A stretch of DNA of 64,000 bases, taken from Balanoglossus misakiensis (lineage: Eukaryota > Animalia > Hemichordata). Each line of letters begins with the position of its first letter. Within the stretch, counting starts at the first letter, position 1. Shown one piece after another: positions 15,001-27,707 of the stretch. Location: the NCBI GenBank assembly GCA_040954595.2, contig CM082582.2:1968303-2032302 (forward strand), read 5' to 3'. Both the position numbers and the translations under genes were made by a program. The notes beneath the pieces were generated by a model that was not told the DNA's origin, ran no database searches, and saw nothing but the letters and a program-made list of their open reading frames with translations.

Positions 15001-18000
15001 CGAAGATTCAAAACTGTGACAGAAGGAAACAGCTGTTAATGGTGGGATTTCTTCTCACACTGGGCTCTACGAACATTCAAAACGCTGACAGAAGGAAACA
15101 TCTGTTAATGGTGGGATTTCTTCTCACACTGGGCTCTACGAACATTCAAAACGCTGACAGAAGGAAACATCTGTTAATGGCGGGATGTCTTCTCACACTG
15201 GGCTCTACGAACATTCAAAACGCTGAAAGAAGGAAACATCTGTTAATGGCGGGATTTCTTCTCACACCGGGCTCTACGAACATTCAAACCGCTGACAGAG
15301 GGAAACGGCTGTTAATGGTGGGGTTCCTTCTCACACTGGGCTCTATGAACTTTCAAAACGCTGACAGAAGGAAACATCTGTTAATAGTGGGATTTCTTCT
15401 CACACTGGGCTCTACGAACATTCAAAACGCTGACAGAGGGAAGCATCTGTTAATGGCGGGATTTCTTTTCACACCGGGCTCTACGAACATTCAAAACGCT
15501 GACAGAGGGAAACGGCTGCTAATGGTGGGATTCCTTCTCACACTGGGCTCTACGAACATTCAAAACGCTGACAGAGGGAAACGGCTGTTAATGGTGGGAT
15601 TCCTTCTCACACTGGGCTCTACGAACATTCAAAACGCTGACAGAAGGAAACATCTGTTAATGGTGGGATTTCTTCTCACACTGGGCTCTCCGAACATTCA
15701 AAACGCTGACAGAGGGAAAGATCTGTTAATGGCGGGATTTCTTCTCACACCGGGCTCTACGAACATTCAAAACGCTGACAGAGGGAAACGGCTGTTAATG
15801 GCGGGATTCCTTCTCACACTGGGCTCTACGAACATTCAAAACGCTGACAGAGGGAAACGGCTGTTAATGGTGGGATTCCTTCTCACACTGGGCTCTACGA
15901 ACATTCAAAACGCTGACAGAAGTAAACATCTGTTAATGGTGGGATTTCTTCTCACACTGGGCTCTCCGAACATTCAAAACGCTGACGGAGGGAAACATCT
16001 GTTAATGGCGGGATTTCTTCTCACACCGGGCTCTACGAACATTCAAAACGCTGACAGAAGGAAACATCTGTTAATGGTGGGATTCCTTCTCACACTGGGC
16101 TCTACGAACATTCAAAACGCTGACAGAAGGAAACATCTGTTAATGGTGGGATTTCTTCTCACACTGGGCTCTACGAACATTCAAAACGCTGAAAGAAGGA
16201 AACAGCTGTTAATGGTGGGATGTCTTCTCACACTGGGCTCTACGAACATTCAAAACGCTGACAGAAGGATACAACTGTTAATGGCGTCAAAACGCTGACA
16301 GAGGGAAACATCTGTTAATGGCGGGATTTCTTTTCACACCGGGCTCTACGAACATTCAAAACGCTGACAGAGGGAAACGGCTGTTAATGGTGGGATTCCT
16401 TCTCACACTGGGCTCTACGAACATTCAAAACGCTGACAGAGGGAAACGGTTGTTAATGGCGGGATTTCTTCTCACACTGGGCTCTACGAACATTCAAAAC
16501 GCTGACAGAAGGAAACGGCTGTTAATGGCGGGATTTCTTCTCACACTGGGCTCTACGAAGATTCAAACCGCTGACAGAAGGAAACATCTGTTAATGGTGG
16601 GATTTCTTCTCACACTGGGCTCTACGAAGATTCAAAACGGTGACAGAAGGAAACATCTGTTAATGGTGGGATTTCTTCTCACACTGGACTCTACGAAGAT
16701 TCAAACCACTGACAGAAGGAAACATCTGTTAATGGTGGGATTTCTTCTCACACTGGGCTCTACGAAGATTCAAAACGCTGACAGAAGGAAACATTTGTTA
16801 ATGGTGGGATTTCTTCTCACACTGGGCTCTACGAAGATTCAAAACTGTGACAGAAGGAAACAGCTGTTAATGGTGGGATTTCTTCTCACACTGGGCTCTA
16901 CGAACATTCAAAACGCTGACAGAAGGAAACATCTGTTAATGGTGGGATTTCTTCTCACACTGGGCTCTACGAACATTCAAAACGCTGACAGAAGGAAACA
17001 TCTGTTAATGGCGGGATGTCTTCTCACACTGGGCTCTACGAACATTCAAAACGCTGAAAGAAGGAAACGGCTGTTAATGGCGGGATGTCTTCTCACACTT
17101 GGCTCTACGAACATTCAAAACGCTGACAGAAGGAAACATCTGTTAATGGCGGGATTTCTTCTCCCACTTGGCTCTACGAACATTCAAAACGCTGATAGAG
17201 GGAAACATCTGTTAATGGCGGGATTTCTTTTCACACCAGGCTCTACGAACATTCAAAACGCTGACAGAGGGAAACATCTGTTAATGGCGGGATTTCTTTT
17301 CACACCGGGCTCTACGAACATTCAAAACGCTGACAGAGGGAAACGGCTGTTAATGGCGGGATTCCTTCTCACACCGGGCTCTACGAACATTCAAAACGCT
17401 GACAGAGGGAAACGGTTGTTAATGGCGGGATTTCTTCTCACACTGGGCTCTACGAACATTCAAAACGCTGACAGAAGGAAACAGCTGTTAATGGTGGGAT
17501 TTCTTCTCACACTGGGCTCTACGAACATTCAAAACGCTGAAAGAAGGAAACAGCTGTTAATGGTGGGATGTCTTCTCACACTGGGCTCTACGAACATTCA
17601 AAACGCTGACAGAAGGATACAACTGTTAATGGCGGGATGTCTTCTCACACTTGGCTCTACGAAGATTCAAACCGCTGACAGAAGGAAACGGCTGTTAATG
17701 GCGGGATGTCTTCTCACACTTGGCTCTACGAAGATTCAAACCGCTGACAGAAGGAAACGGCTGTTAATGGCGGGATGTCTTCTCACACTTGGCTTTACGA
17801 AGATTCAAACCGCTGACAGAAGGAAACATCTGTTAATGGCGGGATTTCTTCTCACACTTGGCTCTACGAACATTCAAACCGCTGAAAGAAGGAAACATCT
17901 GTTAATGGCGGGATTTCTTCTCACACCGGGCTCTACGAACATTCAAACCGCTGACAGAGGGAAACATCTGTTAATGGTGGGATTTCTTCTCACACCGGGC

Positions 18001-21000
18001 TGTACGAACATTCAAAACGCTGACAGAGGGAAACATCTGTTAATGGCGGGATTTCTTCTCACACCGGGCTCTACGAACATTCAAAACGCTGAGAGAGGGA
18101 AACGGCTGTTAATGGTGGGATTCCTTCTCACACTGGGCTCTACGAACATTCCAAACGCTGACAGAAGGAAACATCTGTTAATGGTGGGATTTCTTCTCAC
18201 ACTGGGCTCTACGAACATTCAAAACGCTGACAGAGGGAAACGGCGGGCATCTGTTAATGGCGGGATTTCTTTTCACACCGGGCTCTACGAACATTCAAAA
18301 CGCTGACAGAGGGAAACGGCTGCTAATGGTGGGATTCCTTCTCACACTGGGCTCTACGAACATTCAAAACGCTGACAGAGGGAAACGGCTGTTAATGGTG
18401 GGATTCCTTCTCACACTGGGCTCTACGAACATTCAAAACGCTGACAGAAGGAAACATCTGTTAATGGTGGGATTTCTTCTCACACTGGGCTCTCCGAACA
18501 TTCAAAACGCTGACAGAGGGAAACATCTGTTAATGGCGGGATTTCTTCTCACACCGGGCTCTACGAACATTCAAAACGCTGACAGAAGGAAACATCTGTT
18601 AATGGTGGGATTCCTTCTCACACTGGGCTCTACGAACATTCAAAACGCTGACAGAAGGAAACATCTGTTAATGGTGGGATTTCTTCTCACACTGGGCTCT
18701 ACGAACATTCAAAACGCTGAAAGAAGGAAACAGCTGTTAATGGCGGGATGTCTTCTCACACTGGGCTCTACGAACATTCAAAACGCTGACAGAAGGAAAC
18801 AGCTGTTAATGGCGGGATGTCTTCTCACACTGGGCTCTACGAACATTCAAAACGCTGACAGAAGGAAACGGCTGTTAATGGCGGGATGTCTTCTCACACT
18901 GGGCTCTACGAACATTCAAAACGCTGACAGAAGGAAACATCTGTTAATGGCGGGATGTCTTCTCACACTGGGCTCTACGAACATTCAAAACGCTGACAGA
19001 AGGATACAACTGTTAATGGCGTGATGTCTTCTCACACTGGGCTCTACGAACATTCAAAACGCTGACAGAAGGAAACAGCTGTTAATGGCGGGATGTCTTC
19101 TCACACTGGGCTCTACGAACATTCAAAACGCTGATAGAAGGAAACAACTGTTAATGGCGGGATGTCTTCTCACACTGGGCTCTACGAAGATTCAAACCGC
19201 TGACAGAAGGATACAACTGTTAATGGCGGGATGTCTTCTCACACTGGGCTCTACGAAGATTCAAACCGCTGACAGAAGGGAACGGCTGTTAATGGCGGGA
19301 TTTCTTCTCACACTGGGCTCAAAGAACAGTCAAAACGCTGACAGAAGGAAACATCTGTTAATGGCGGGATGTCTTCTCACACTGGGCTCTACGAAGATTC
19401 AAACCGCTGACAGAAGGATACAACTGTTAATGGTGGGATTTCTTCTCACACTGGGCTCAAAGAACAGTCAAAACGCTGACAGAAGGAAACGGCTGTTAAT
19501 GGCGGGATGTCTTCTCACACTGGGCTCAAAGAACAGTCAAAACGCTGACAGAAGGAAACATCTGTTAATGGCGGGATGTCTTCTCACACTGGGCTCTACG
19601 AAGATTCAAACCGCTGACAGAAGGATACAACTGCTAATGGTGGGATTTCTTCTCACACTGGGCTCTACGAAGATTCAAACCGCTGACAGAAGGAAACGGC
19701 TGTTAATGGCGGGATGTCTTCTCACACTGGGCTCTACGAAGATTGAAACCGCTGACAGAAGGAAATGGCTGTTAATGGCGGGATTTCTTCTCACACTGGG
19801 CTCTACGAAGATTCAAAACGCTGACAGAAGGAAACATCTGTTAATGGTGGGATTTCTTCTCACACTGGGCTCTACGAACATTCAAAACGCTGAAAGAAGG
19901 AAACAGCTGTTAATGGTGGGATGTCTTCTCACACTGGGCTCTACGAACATTCAAAACGCTGACAGAAGGATACAACTGTTAATGGCGGGATGTCTTCTCA
20001 CACTGGGCTCTACGAACATTCAAAACGCTGACAGAAGGAAACAGCTGTTAATGGCGGGATGTCTTCTCACACTGGGCTCTACGAACATTCAAAACGCTGA
20101 CAGAAGGAAACGGCTGTTAATGGCGGGATGTCTTCTCACACTGGGCTCTACGAACATTCAAAACGCTGACAGAAGGAAACATCTGTTAATGGCGGGATGT
20201 CTTCTCACACTGGGCTCTACGAACATTCAAAACGCTGACAGAAGGATACAACTGTTAATGGCGTGATGTCTTCTCACACTGGGCTCTACAAACATTCAAA
20301 ACGCTGACAGAAGGAAACAGCTGTTAATGGCGGGATGTCTTCTCACACTGGGCTCTACGAACATTCAAAACGCTGATAGAAGGAAACAACTGTTAATGGC
20401 GGGATGTCTTCTCACACTGGGCTCTACGAAGATTCAAACCGCTGACAGAAGGATACAACTGTTAATGGCGGGATGTCTTCTCACACTGGGCTCTACGAAG
20501 ATTCAAACCGCTGACAGAAGGGAACGGCTGTTAATGGCGGGATTTCTTCTCACACTGGGCTCAAAGAACAGTCAAAACGCTGACAGAAGGAAACATCTGT
20601 TAATGGCGGGATGTCTTCTCACACTGGGCTCTACGAAGATTCAAACCGCTGACAGAAGGATACAACTGTTAATGGTGGGATTTCTTCTCACACTGGGCTC
20701 AAAGAACAGTCAAAACGCTGACAGAAGGAAACGGCTGTTAATGGCGGGATGTCTTCTCACACTGGGCTCAAAGAACAGTCAAAACGCTGACAGAAGGAAA
20801 CATCTGTTAATGGCGGGATGTCTTCTCACACTGGGCTCTACGAAGATTCAAACCGCTGACAGAAGGAAACATCTGTTAATGGTGGGATTCCTTCTCACAC
20901 TGGGCTCTACGAACATTCAAAACGCTGACAGAAGGAAACATCTGTTAATGGTGGGATTTCTTCTCACACTGGGCTCTACGAACATTCAAAACGCTGAAAG

Positions 21001-23640
21001 AAGGAAACAGCTGTTAATGGTGGGATGTCTTCTCACACTGGGCTCTACGAACATTCAAAACGCTGACAGAAGGATACAACTGTTAATGGCGGGATGTCTT
21101 CTCACACTGGGCTCTACGAACATTCAAAACGCTGACAGAAGGAAACAGCTGTTAATGGCGGGATGTCTTCTCACACTGGGCTCTACGAACATTCAAAACG
21201 CTGACAGAAGGAAACAGCTGTTAATGGCGGGATGTCTTCTCACACTGGGCTCTACGAACATTCAAAACGCTGACAGAAGGAAACGGCTGTTAATGGCGGG
21301 ATGTCTTCTCACACTGGGCTCTACGAACATTCAAAACGCTGACAGAAGGAAACATCTGTTAATGGCGGGATGTCTTCTCACACTGGGCTCTACGAACATT
21401 CAAAACGCTGACAGAAGGATACAACTGTTAATGGCGTGATGTCTTCTCACACTGGGCTCTACGAACATTCAAAACGCTGACAGAAGGAAACAGCTGTTAA
21501 TGGCGGGATGTCTTCTCACACTGGGCTCTACGAACATTCAAAACGCTGATAGAAGGAAACAACTGTTAATGGCGGGATGTCTTCTCACACTGGGCTCTAC
21601 GAAGATTCAAACCGCTGACAGAAGGATACAACTGTTAATGGCGGGATGTCTTCTCACACTGGGCTCTACGAAGATTCAAACCGCTGACAGAAGGAAACGG
21701 CTGTTAATGGCGGGATTTCTTCTCACACTGGGCTCAAAGAACAGTCAAAACGCTGACAGAAGGAAACATCTGTTAATGGCGGGATGTCTTCTCACACTGG
21801 GCTCTACGAAGATTCAAACCGCTGACAGAAGGATACAACTGTTAATGGTGGGATTTCTTCTCACACTGGGCTCAAAGAACAGTCAAAACGCTGACAGAAG
21901 GAAACGGCTGTTAATGGCGGGATGTCTTCTCACACTGGGCTCAAAGAACATTCAAAACGCTGACAGAAGGAAACATCTGTTAATGGCGGGATGTCTTCTC
22001 ACACTGGGCTCAAAGGACATTCAAAACGGTGACAGAACGATACAACTGTTAATGGCGGGATGTCTTCTCACACCGGGCTCAAAGAACATTCAAAACGCTG
22101 ACAGAAGGAAACAGCTGTTAATGGCGGGATGTCTTCTCACACTGGGCTCTACGAAGATTGAAACCGCTGACAGAAGGAAATGGCTGTTAATGGCGGGATT
22201 TCTTCTCACACTGGGCTCTACGAAGATTCAAAACGCTGACAGAAGGAAACATCTGTTAATGGTGGGATTTCTTCTCACACTGGGCTCTACGAACATTCAA
22301 AACGCTGAAAGAAGGAAACAGCTGTTAATGGTGGGATGTCTTCTCACACTGGGCTCTACGAACATTCAAAACGCTGACAGAAGGATACAACTGTTAATGG
22401 CGGGATGTCTTCTCACACTGGGCTCTACGAACATTCAAAACGCTGACAGAAGGAAACAGCTGTTAATGGCGGGATGTCTTCTCACACTGGGCTCTACGAA
22501 CATTCAAAACGCTGACAGAAGGATACAACTGTTAATGGCGTGATGTCTTCTCACACTGGGCTCTACGAACATTCAAAACGCTGACAGAAGGAAACAGCTG
22601 TTAATGGCGGGATGTCTTCTCACACTGGGCTCTACGAACATTCAAAACGCTGATAGAAGGAAACAACTGTTAATGGCGGGATGTCTTCTCACACTGGGCT
22701 CTACGAAGATTCAAACCGCTGACAGAAGGATACAACTGTTAATGGCGGGATGTCTTCTCACACTGGGCTCTACGAAGATTCAAACCGCTGACAGAAGGGA
22801 ACGGCTGTTAATGGCGGGATTTCTTCTCACACTGGGCTCAAAGAACAGTCAAAACGCTGACAGAAGGAAACATCTGTTAATGGCGGGATGTCTTCTCACA
22901 CTGGGCTCTACGAAGATTCAAACCGCTGACAGAAGGATACAACTGTTAATGGTGGGATTTCTTCTCACACTGGGCTCAAAGAACAGTCAAAACGCTGACA
23001 GAAGGAAACGGCTGTTAATGGCGGGATGTCTTCTCACACTGGGCTCAAAGAACAGTCAAAACGCTGACAGAAGGAAACATCTGTTAATGGCGGGATGTCT
23101 TCTCACACTGGGCTCTACGAAGATTCAAACCGCTGACAGAAGGATACAACTGTTAATGGTGGGATTTCTTCTCACACTGGGCTCTACGAAGATTCAAACC
23201 GCTGACAGAAGGATATGGCTGTTAATGGCGGGATGTCTTCTCACACTGGGCTCAAAGAACATTCAAAACGCTGACAGAAGGAAACATCTGTTAATGGCGG
23301 GATGTCTTCTCACACTGGGCTCAAAGGACATTCAAAACGCTGACAGAACGATACAACTGTTAATGGCGGGATGTCTTCTCACACCGGGCTCAAAGAACAT
23401 TCAAAACGCTGACAGAAGGAAACAGCTGTTAATGGCGGGATGTCTTCTCACACTGGGCTCTACGAAGATTGAAACCGCTGACAGAAGGAAATGGCTGTTA
23501 ATGGCGGGATTTCTTCTCACACTGGGCTCTACGAAGATTCAAAACGCTGACAGAAGGAAACATCTGTTAATGGCGGGATGTCTTCTCACACTGGGCTCAA
23601 AGAACATTCAAAACGCTGACAGAAGGAAACATCTGTTAAT
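1..23640. repeat. 69-bp tandem satellite array, left block (continues beyond window start)
   Basis: Head-to-tail monomers, consensus ATGGYGGGATKTCTTCTCACACYGGGCTCTACGAASATTCAAAMCGCTGACAGARGGAAACRKCTGTTA, with a 69-bp period and rare indels; about 340 copies. Confidence 0.98.
23631..23640 (+). other. Left target-site duplication (ATCTGTTAAT) of LINE copy 1; right copy at 27708-27717
   Basis: The same 10-mer flanks both ends. Removing the element and one copy restores an intact monomer (AAAC-ATCTGTTAAT-GGCGGG). Confidence 0.93.
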
Positions 23641-24138
23641 CTGCAAGAGATTGTTCGCCTGAGCACGGCGAAAGCAGAAATGGAGGACCGATCAAAGCGA
23701 AACAACATTGTTCTCCGCGGAGTGGAAGAAGACGGAAACGAGTCGTGGGAGGACACCGAACAGAAGGTAAAGGCCATACTATCAGAGAAAATGAACATAA
23801 CAGAGAGTATCGAGTTCGAAAGAGTACACAGAATGAAAGGTAGACCCGGCAGCAACAGACCGATAGTGGCAATGTGCAGCACATTTAAAGACAGAGAAAA
23901 GATCTTGTCCAAGAAGAAAGAGCTCCGCGGCACGGACATTTTTGTTGATGAACACTACTCAAGCGAGACGAGTTTCATCAGGAAGAAACTATTCGGTAAG
24001 CGTAAAGAACTTAACAGTAAAAACATAAAGGCCTTTGTAAACTACAAGACACTTGTGGCCTATGAGAACGGAACCAAGAGACTGTACAGCTATGATGAAA
24101 AGACTGACACGGTAATTACAAATGATCGCCCGAGATAG
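23641..24138 (+). pseudogene. LINE ORF1, 5'-truncated (end of coiled coil, RRM and CTD; L1 ORF1p/Transposase_22-like)
   Basis: Frame is open from the insertion junction (LQEIVRLSTAKAEMEDRSKRNNIVLRGVEE...IEFERVHRM...RPIVAM...DREKIL...IFVDEHYS), the typical pattern of L1-type ORF1 proteins. Ends at TAG 24136-24138. Confidence 0.85.
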
Positions 24139-27100
24139 GGCGGTGGCCAAGGCCAAGTAGGACACTTTGAAAATAAAAATCTTTGCTTGCTTTCATGGAA
24201 CGTACAAGGTTTATCCCGTAAATTGCATGATAACTCCATTGTTGAATATTTCAACCAATTTGATATAGTCTGTACCGTAGAAACCTGGTTTCAAAAGAAA
24301 TTATTGTCAGACAAAGTTTTACAGGGTTATAAATCATACCATTCTTGCAGAGAAAAAATGTCCCGTACCGGCAGATGCGCAGGTGGTGTTTCCGTCTTTG
24401 TTAAAAATTGGTGTTTGACAGGTATTTCTAGACTGACCAGATTCAATTTTTCTTATGCTAAATGGTAACAAGTTTGGCTTCTCAAAAAATGTTATTTTGG
24501 GATGTCTGTACATCCCACCAGATGGTTCCAAGAGCTACAATTTTGAAAAAAATGGGATCGAAATGCTGGGAAATCAGATTTCAGATCTGCAAGTAAACTA
24601 TCCCGATAGTCATCTGTTTCTAATGGGCGATTTCAACGCAAGAACGGCACAAGATTATGATTATATTATCAATGATTCTATTCAACATGTACCTGTAGCA
24701 TTTGATAATTATGAGGTTGATGAATTTGATATAGAACGTAAATCGAAAGATGGTGTGAGTAATACTTTTGGAAGAAGATTATTAGAATTGTGCAGGGATC
24801 ACTCCATTCATTTTTTGAATGGAAGATGTGGGAGGGATCTGGCTGGTAACTTTACTTGTATTGCTAACAGGGGGACCAGTGTAGTGGATTATATGATTGT
24901 GTCCAGTGATTTATTTAAACATGTTTCAGATTTTAATGTTGAAGATAGGAGTGACTCTGATCACTTCCCTTTGTCGTGTACCATGAATATTGAATTGTCA
25001 TGTCTTCCTGAAAATACACAAAGAGTCCAAGGCTCAGATTTTCACGACTATACATTTTTTAAGTGGGATAATGAGAAAAGGGGTAAATTTAATGAAAAGG
25101 TCACCTCAACGGAGGGTCAACAACGTATCAGTTGTATTCTTGATTCCGGGAGGGATGATATAAATGAGTTGACTTCAAAAGTGTATGCTTTATTGACATG
25201 GGCTGCAGCAGGCTTCCATAAGTTTACTGTCAAGACTAGGAATGTTACAAAGAGAGTATTGCAGCCAAAATGGTTCAACAAAGATTGTGAAATAGGTAAA
25301 ATGAATATGTACAAAGCCCTCCGTTATTTCAGAGATTTAAATGACCAGGAGAGTTTAAAAAATTATAAGGATCGCAAGGAAACGTTTAAATCTCTGTGTA
25401 GAATCAACAAAGAAAATTTTTATTCTTCATTCTGTAACAATGGGGAGAACATTTGGAAACGAGTTAAATATTTTAAGGGGGGCCAAAAACCCCTCTCCAA
25501 TATCTCAGCTGCTGACTGGATGGAGCACTTTGATAAATTGCACAACCCTGTTTACCAGAAAACCAAATTTGATATCAGTGTGGAAAATTTTCTTGAAACC
25601 ATTGAATTCTCTCACGAAGATGAAACCCCCAATGAGGACATTCTCAACCATCCTATTAGCAACGATGAGATATTGTATGCTTTGGATATGCTTAAAACTG
25701 GTAAATCACCTGGTCCTGATGGCTTACCAAATGAATTTTACAGAGATGCTAAAAATAGTCTTATGCCTGTATTACACTTTATGTTTAATGCCATTTTTGA
25801 TGCTGGTGTATTTCCAAGAGACTGGAGTATGGGTATCATAGTCCCGCTACATAAGAAGGGTAGTTTTCATGACCCAAATAATTTCCGAGGCATAACGCTT
25901 CTGGACTCGATTGGTAAAATTTTTACTTTTATCTTGAACCAGAGATTGACTAAATGGGCAGAGATGATCGGTTGCATTACTGAGTGTCAGACTGGCTTCA
26001 GACGTGGTTATAGCACCATTGATAACATCTTTACGTTACATGTCATGGTTCAAAAGTATCTTTGTAGATCAAGGGGACGCTTTTATTGTGCATTTATAGA
26101 TTTCAGTAAGGCTTTCGACACTGTAAATCACAATTTGTTGCTGTACAGACTGTCCACTGAGGGTGTACAGGGTAAAATGTTTAATATTCTTAAGTCAATG
26201 TACCATGGGCTTAAATCCTGTGTAAAATCCCAACAAGGGAGAACTAACTATTTTCAGTGTTCTGTTGGCGTGCGTCAGGGATGCATGTTGAGTCCCTTTT
26301 TGTTTTCACTTTTTATAAATGAATTAAATACCATGTTAGAAAATTCGGACCAGGGAGGTATACAACTGACACAAGATTTGTACGATTTATTTTCACTTTT
26401 GTATGCTGACAATGTAACAATATTTAGTGACACCCCAGGACGATTACAAAATCTGCTTCGAGTTTTAGAGTCTTTCTGTGCTAAGTGGAAAATGAATGTA
26501 AATCTTAACAAATCACATGTCATTGTTTTTAGGCGAGGGGGCATTCTGAAAAAGAGTGAAAAATGGGTTTTTAATGGACAAAAAGTGAAAACTGTAAGTT
26601 ATTACAAATACCTTGGGCTTATGATATCTAGTCGTAATGTTTGGAGTAAAGCTGTACTTACCTTAGCAGATCAAGCTAGGAAAGCTATGGGTTGTATTCT
26701 CTGTATGATTAGAAATACTTGTCCTTTGACTTTTCAAGAATACTTTAAGCTTTTTGATACCATGGTATTACCAATTTTGACATATGGGGCTGAAATTTGG
26801 GGTTACCGCATGTATAGTGTAGTTGAACGAGTCCACCTTAAATACTGTAAAGCTTTCATGGGAATCAAATCTACTACCCCGGATGTCTTTGTTTTAGGGG
26901 AATGTGGTAGATTCCCAATTTTCATACATAGTTTTAAAAAGGTTTTATCATATTGGTATAAACTTCTAAATATGCCCCAAAACAGAATTGCTAAGCATGC
27001 ATATCAGCTAGCTATATCACTCGATGAAAATAACAAAGAATCCTGGGCTACCCATGTTAAACATTTACTTTGTGAGCATGGTTTTGGGGAAGTCTGGTTT

Positions 27101-27601
27101 TGGCAAGGTCCGGGAGATTTCAATGTCTTCCTCCAACATTTTACACAAAGAGCTATGGATATTTTTAAACAAAACTGGCATGCAGAAGTGTGTAGTAAAG
27201 ACAAACTCCGTGTGTATTGTAATTTTAAATTTTTATTCCACACAGAAGATTATTTAACATCGAACATGTTCTTCAGGTTCAAGAGAGCACTTGCCTGTCT
27301 CAGAAGCTCTGGGCTAGATCTAGAAATTGAAAAAGGTAGAGCCCAGGGCGTTGCCCTCGAAGATAGAATATGTCAAATTTGTGACTCACATGAAATAGAG
27401 AACGAATTCCATTTCATTTGTATTTGCCCTTTATATCACAATTTAAGACTCCAACATTTACCACAGTGGTCTTATTCACAGCCAACGATTGAAAAGTTTT
27501 ATGCACTAATGTCTTCCTCCAATAATACTGTCATTTTCAAGCTGGCACTATTTGTATATAAGGCGTATAAATTGAGAGAAGAAATCTTTATAAACATGTA
27601 A
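24139..27601 (+). pseudogene. LINE ORF2 (APE endonuclease, reverse transcriptase, zinc finger), copy 1; frameshift near 24436-24455 and YADD->YADN
   Basis: APE motifs SWNVQGL, VETW and GGV in one frame; GDFNAR, VDY and SDHFP in the next frame. RT motifs KSPGPDG, FRGITLL, QTGFR, FIDFSKAFD, GVRQG, LYADN and YKYLG. C-terminal C-x2-C...H..C. Confidence 0.93.
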
Positions 27602-27658
27602 AGTACTCACTCTCATGATGTATATATTTTTTGTATTTATAATCTAATGTTGCAATAT

Positions 27659-27707
27659 GGGCCGGAGGCCTTTAAGAGCAATAAATATATATATATATAT
27701 ATATAAA
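27659..27707 (+). promoter_or_regulatory. LINE 3' end: GGGCC-GGA-GGCCT stem-loop, AATAAA and (TA)10AA tail
   Basis: GC-rich hairpin at 27659-27671 in an otherwise AT-rich UTR, shortly before AATAAA. Its role as an RT-recognition element is inferred from 3' stem-loops of other LINEs. Confidence 0.6.

Larger units (their letters stand above)
23641..27707 (+). mobile_element. Non-LTR retrotransposon (LINE) copy 1, 5'-truncated, 4067 bp; APE-type, tentatively RTE group/RTEX-like
   Basis: ORF1 3' part, ORF2 with APE, RT and C-terminal CCHC-like motif, short 3' UTR, AATAAA at 27680-27685, (TA)10 tail and 10-bp TSD. The clade is inferred from GVRQGCMLSP and RICQIC..ENEFHF..CPLY and needs RT phylogeny. 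Confidence 0.96.

Noticed and set aside
23641-27601. Bacterial RT system (retron, DGR, group II intron, RT-repeat defence locus)
   Set aside because: The APE domain, L1-type ORF1, AATAAA with microsatellite tail and TSD are diagnostic of a eukaryotic LINE.
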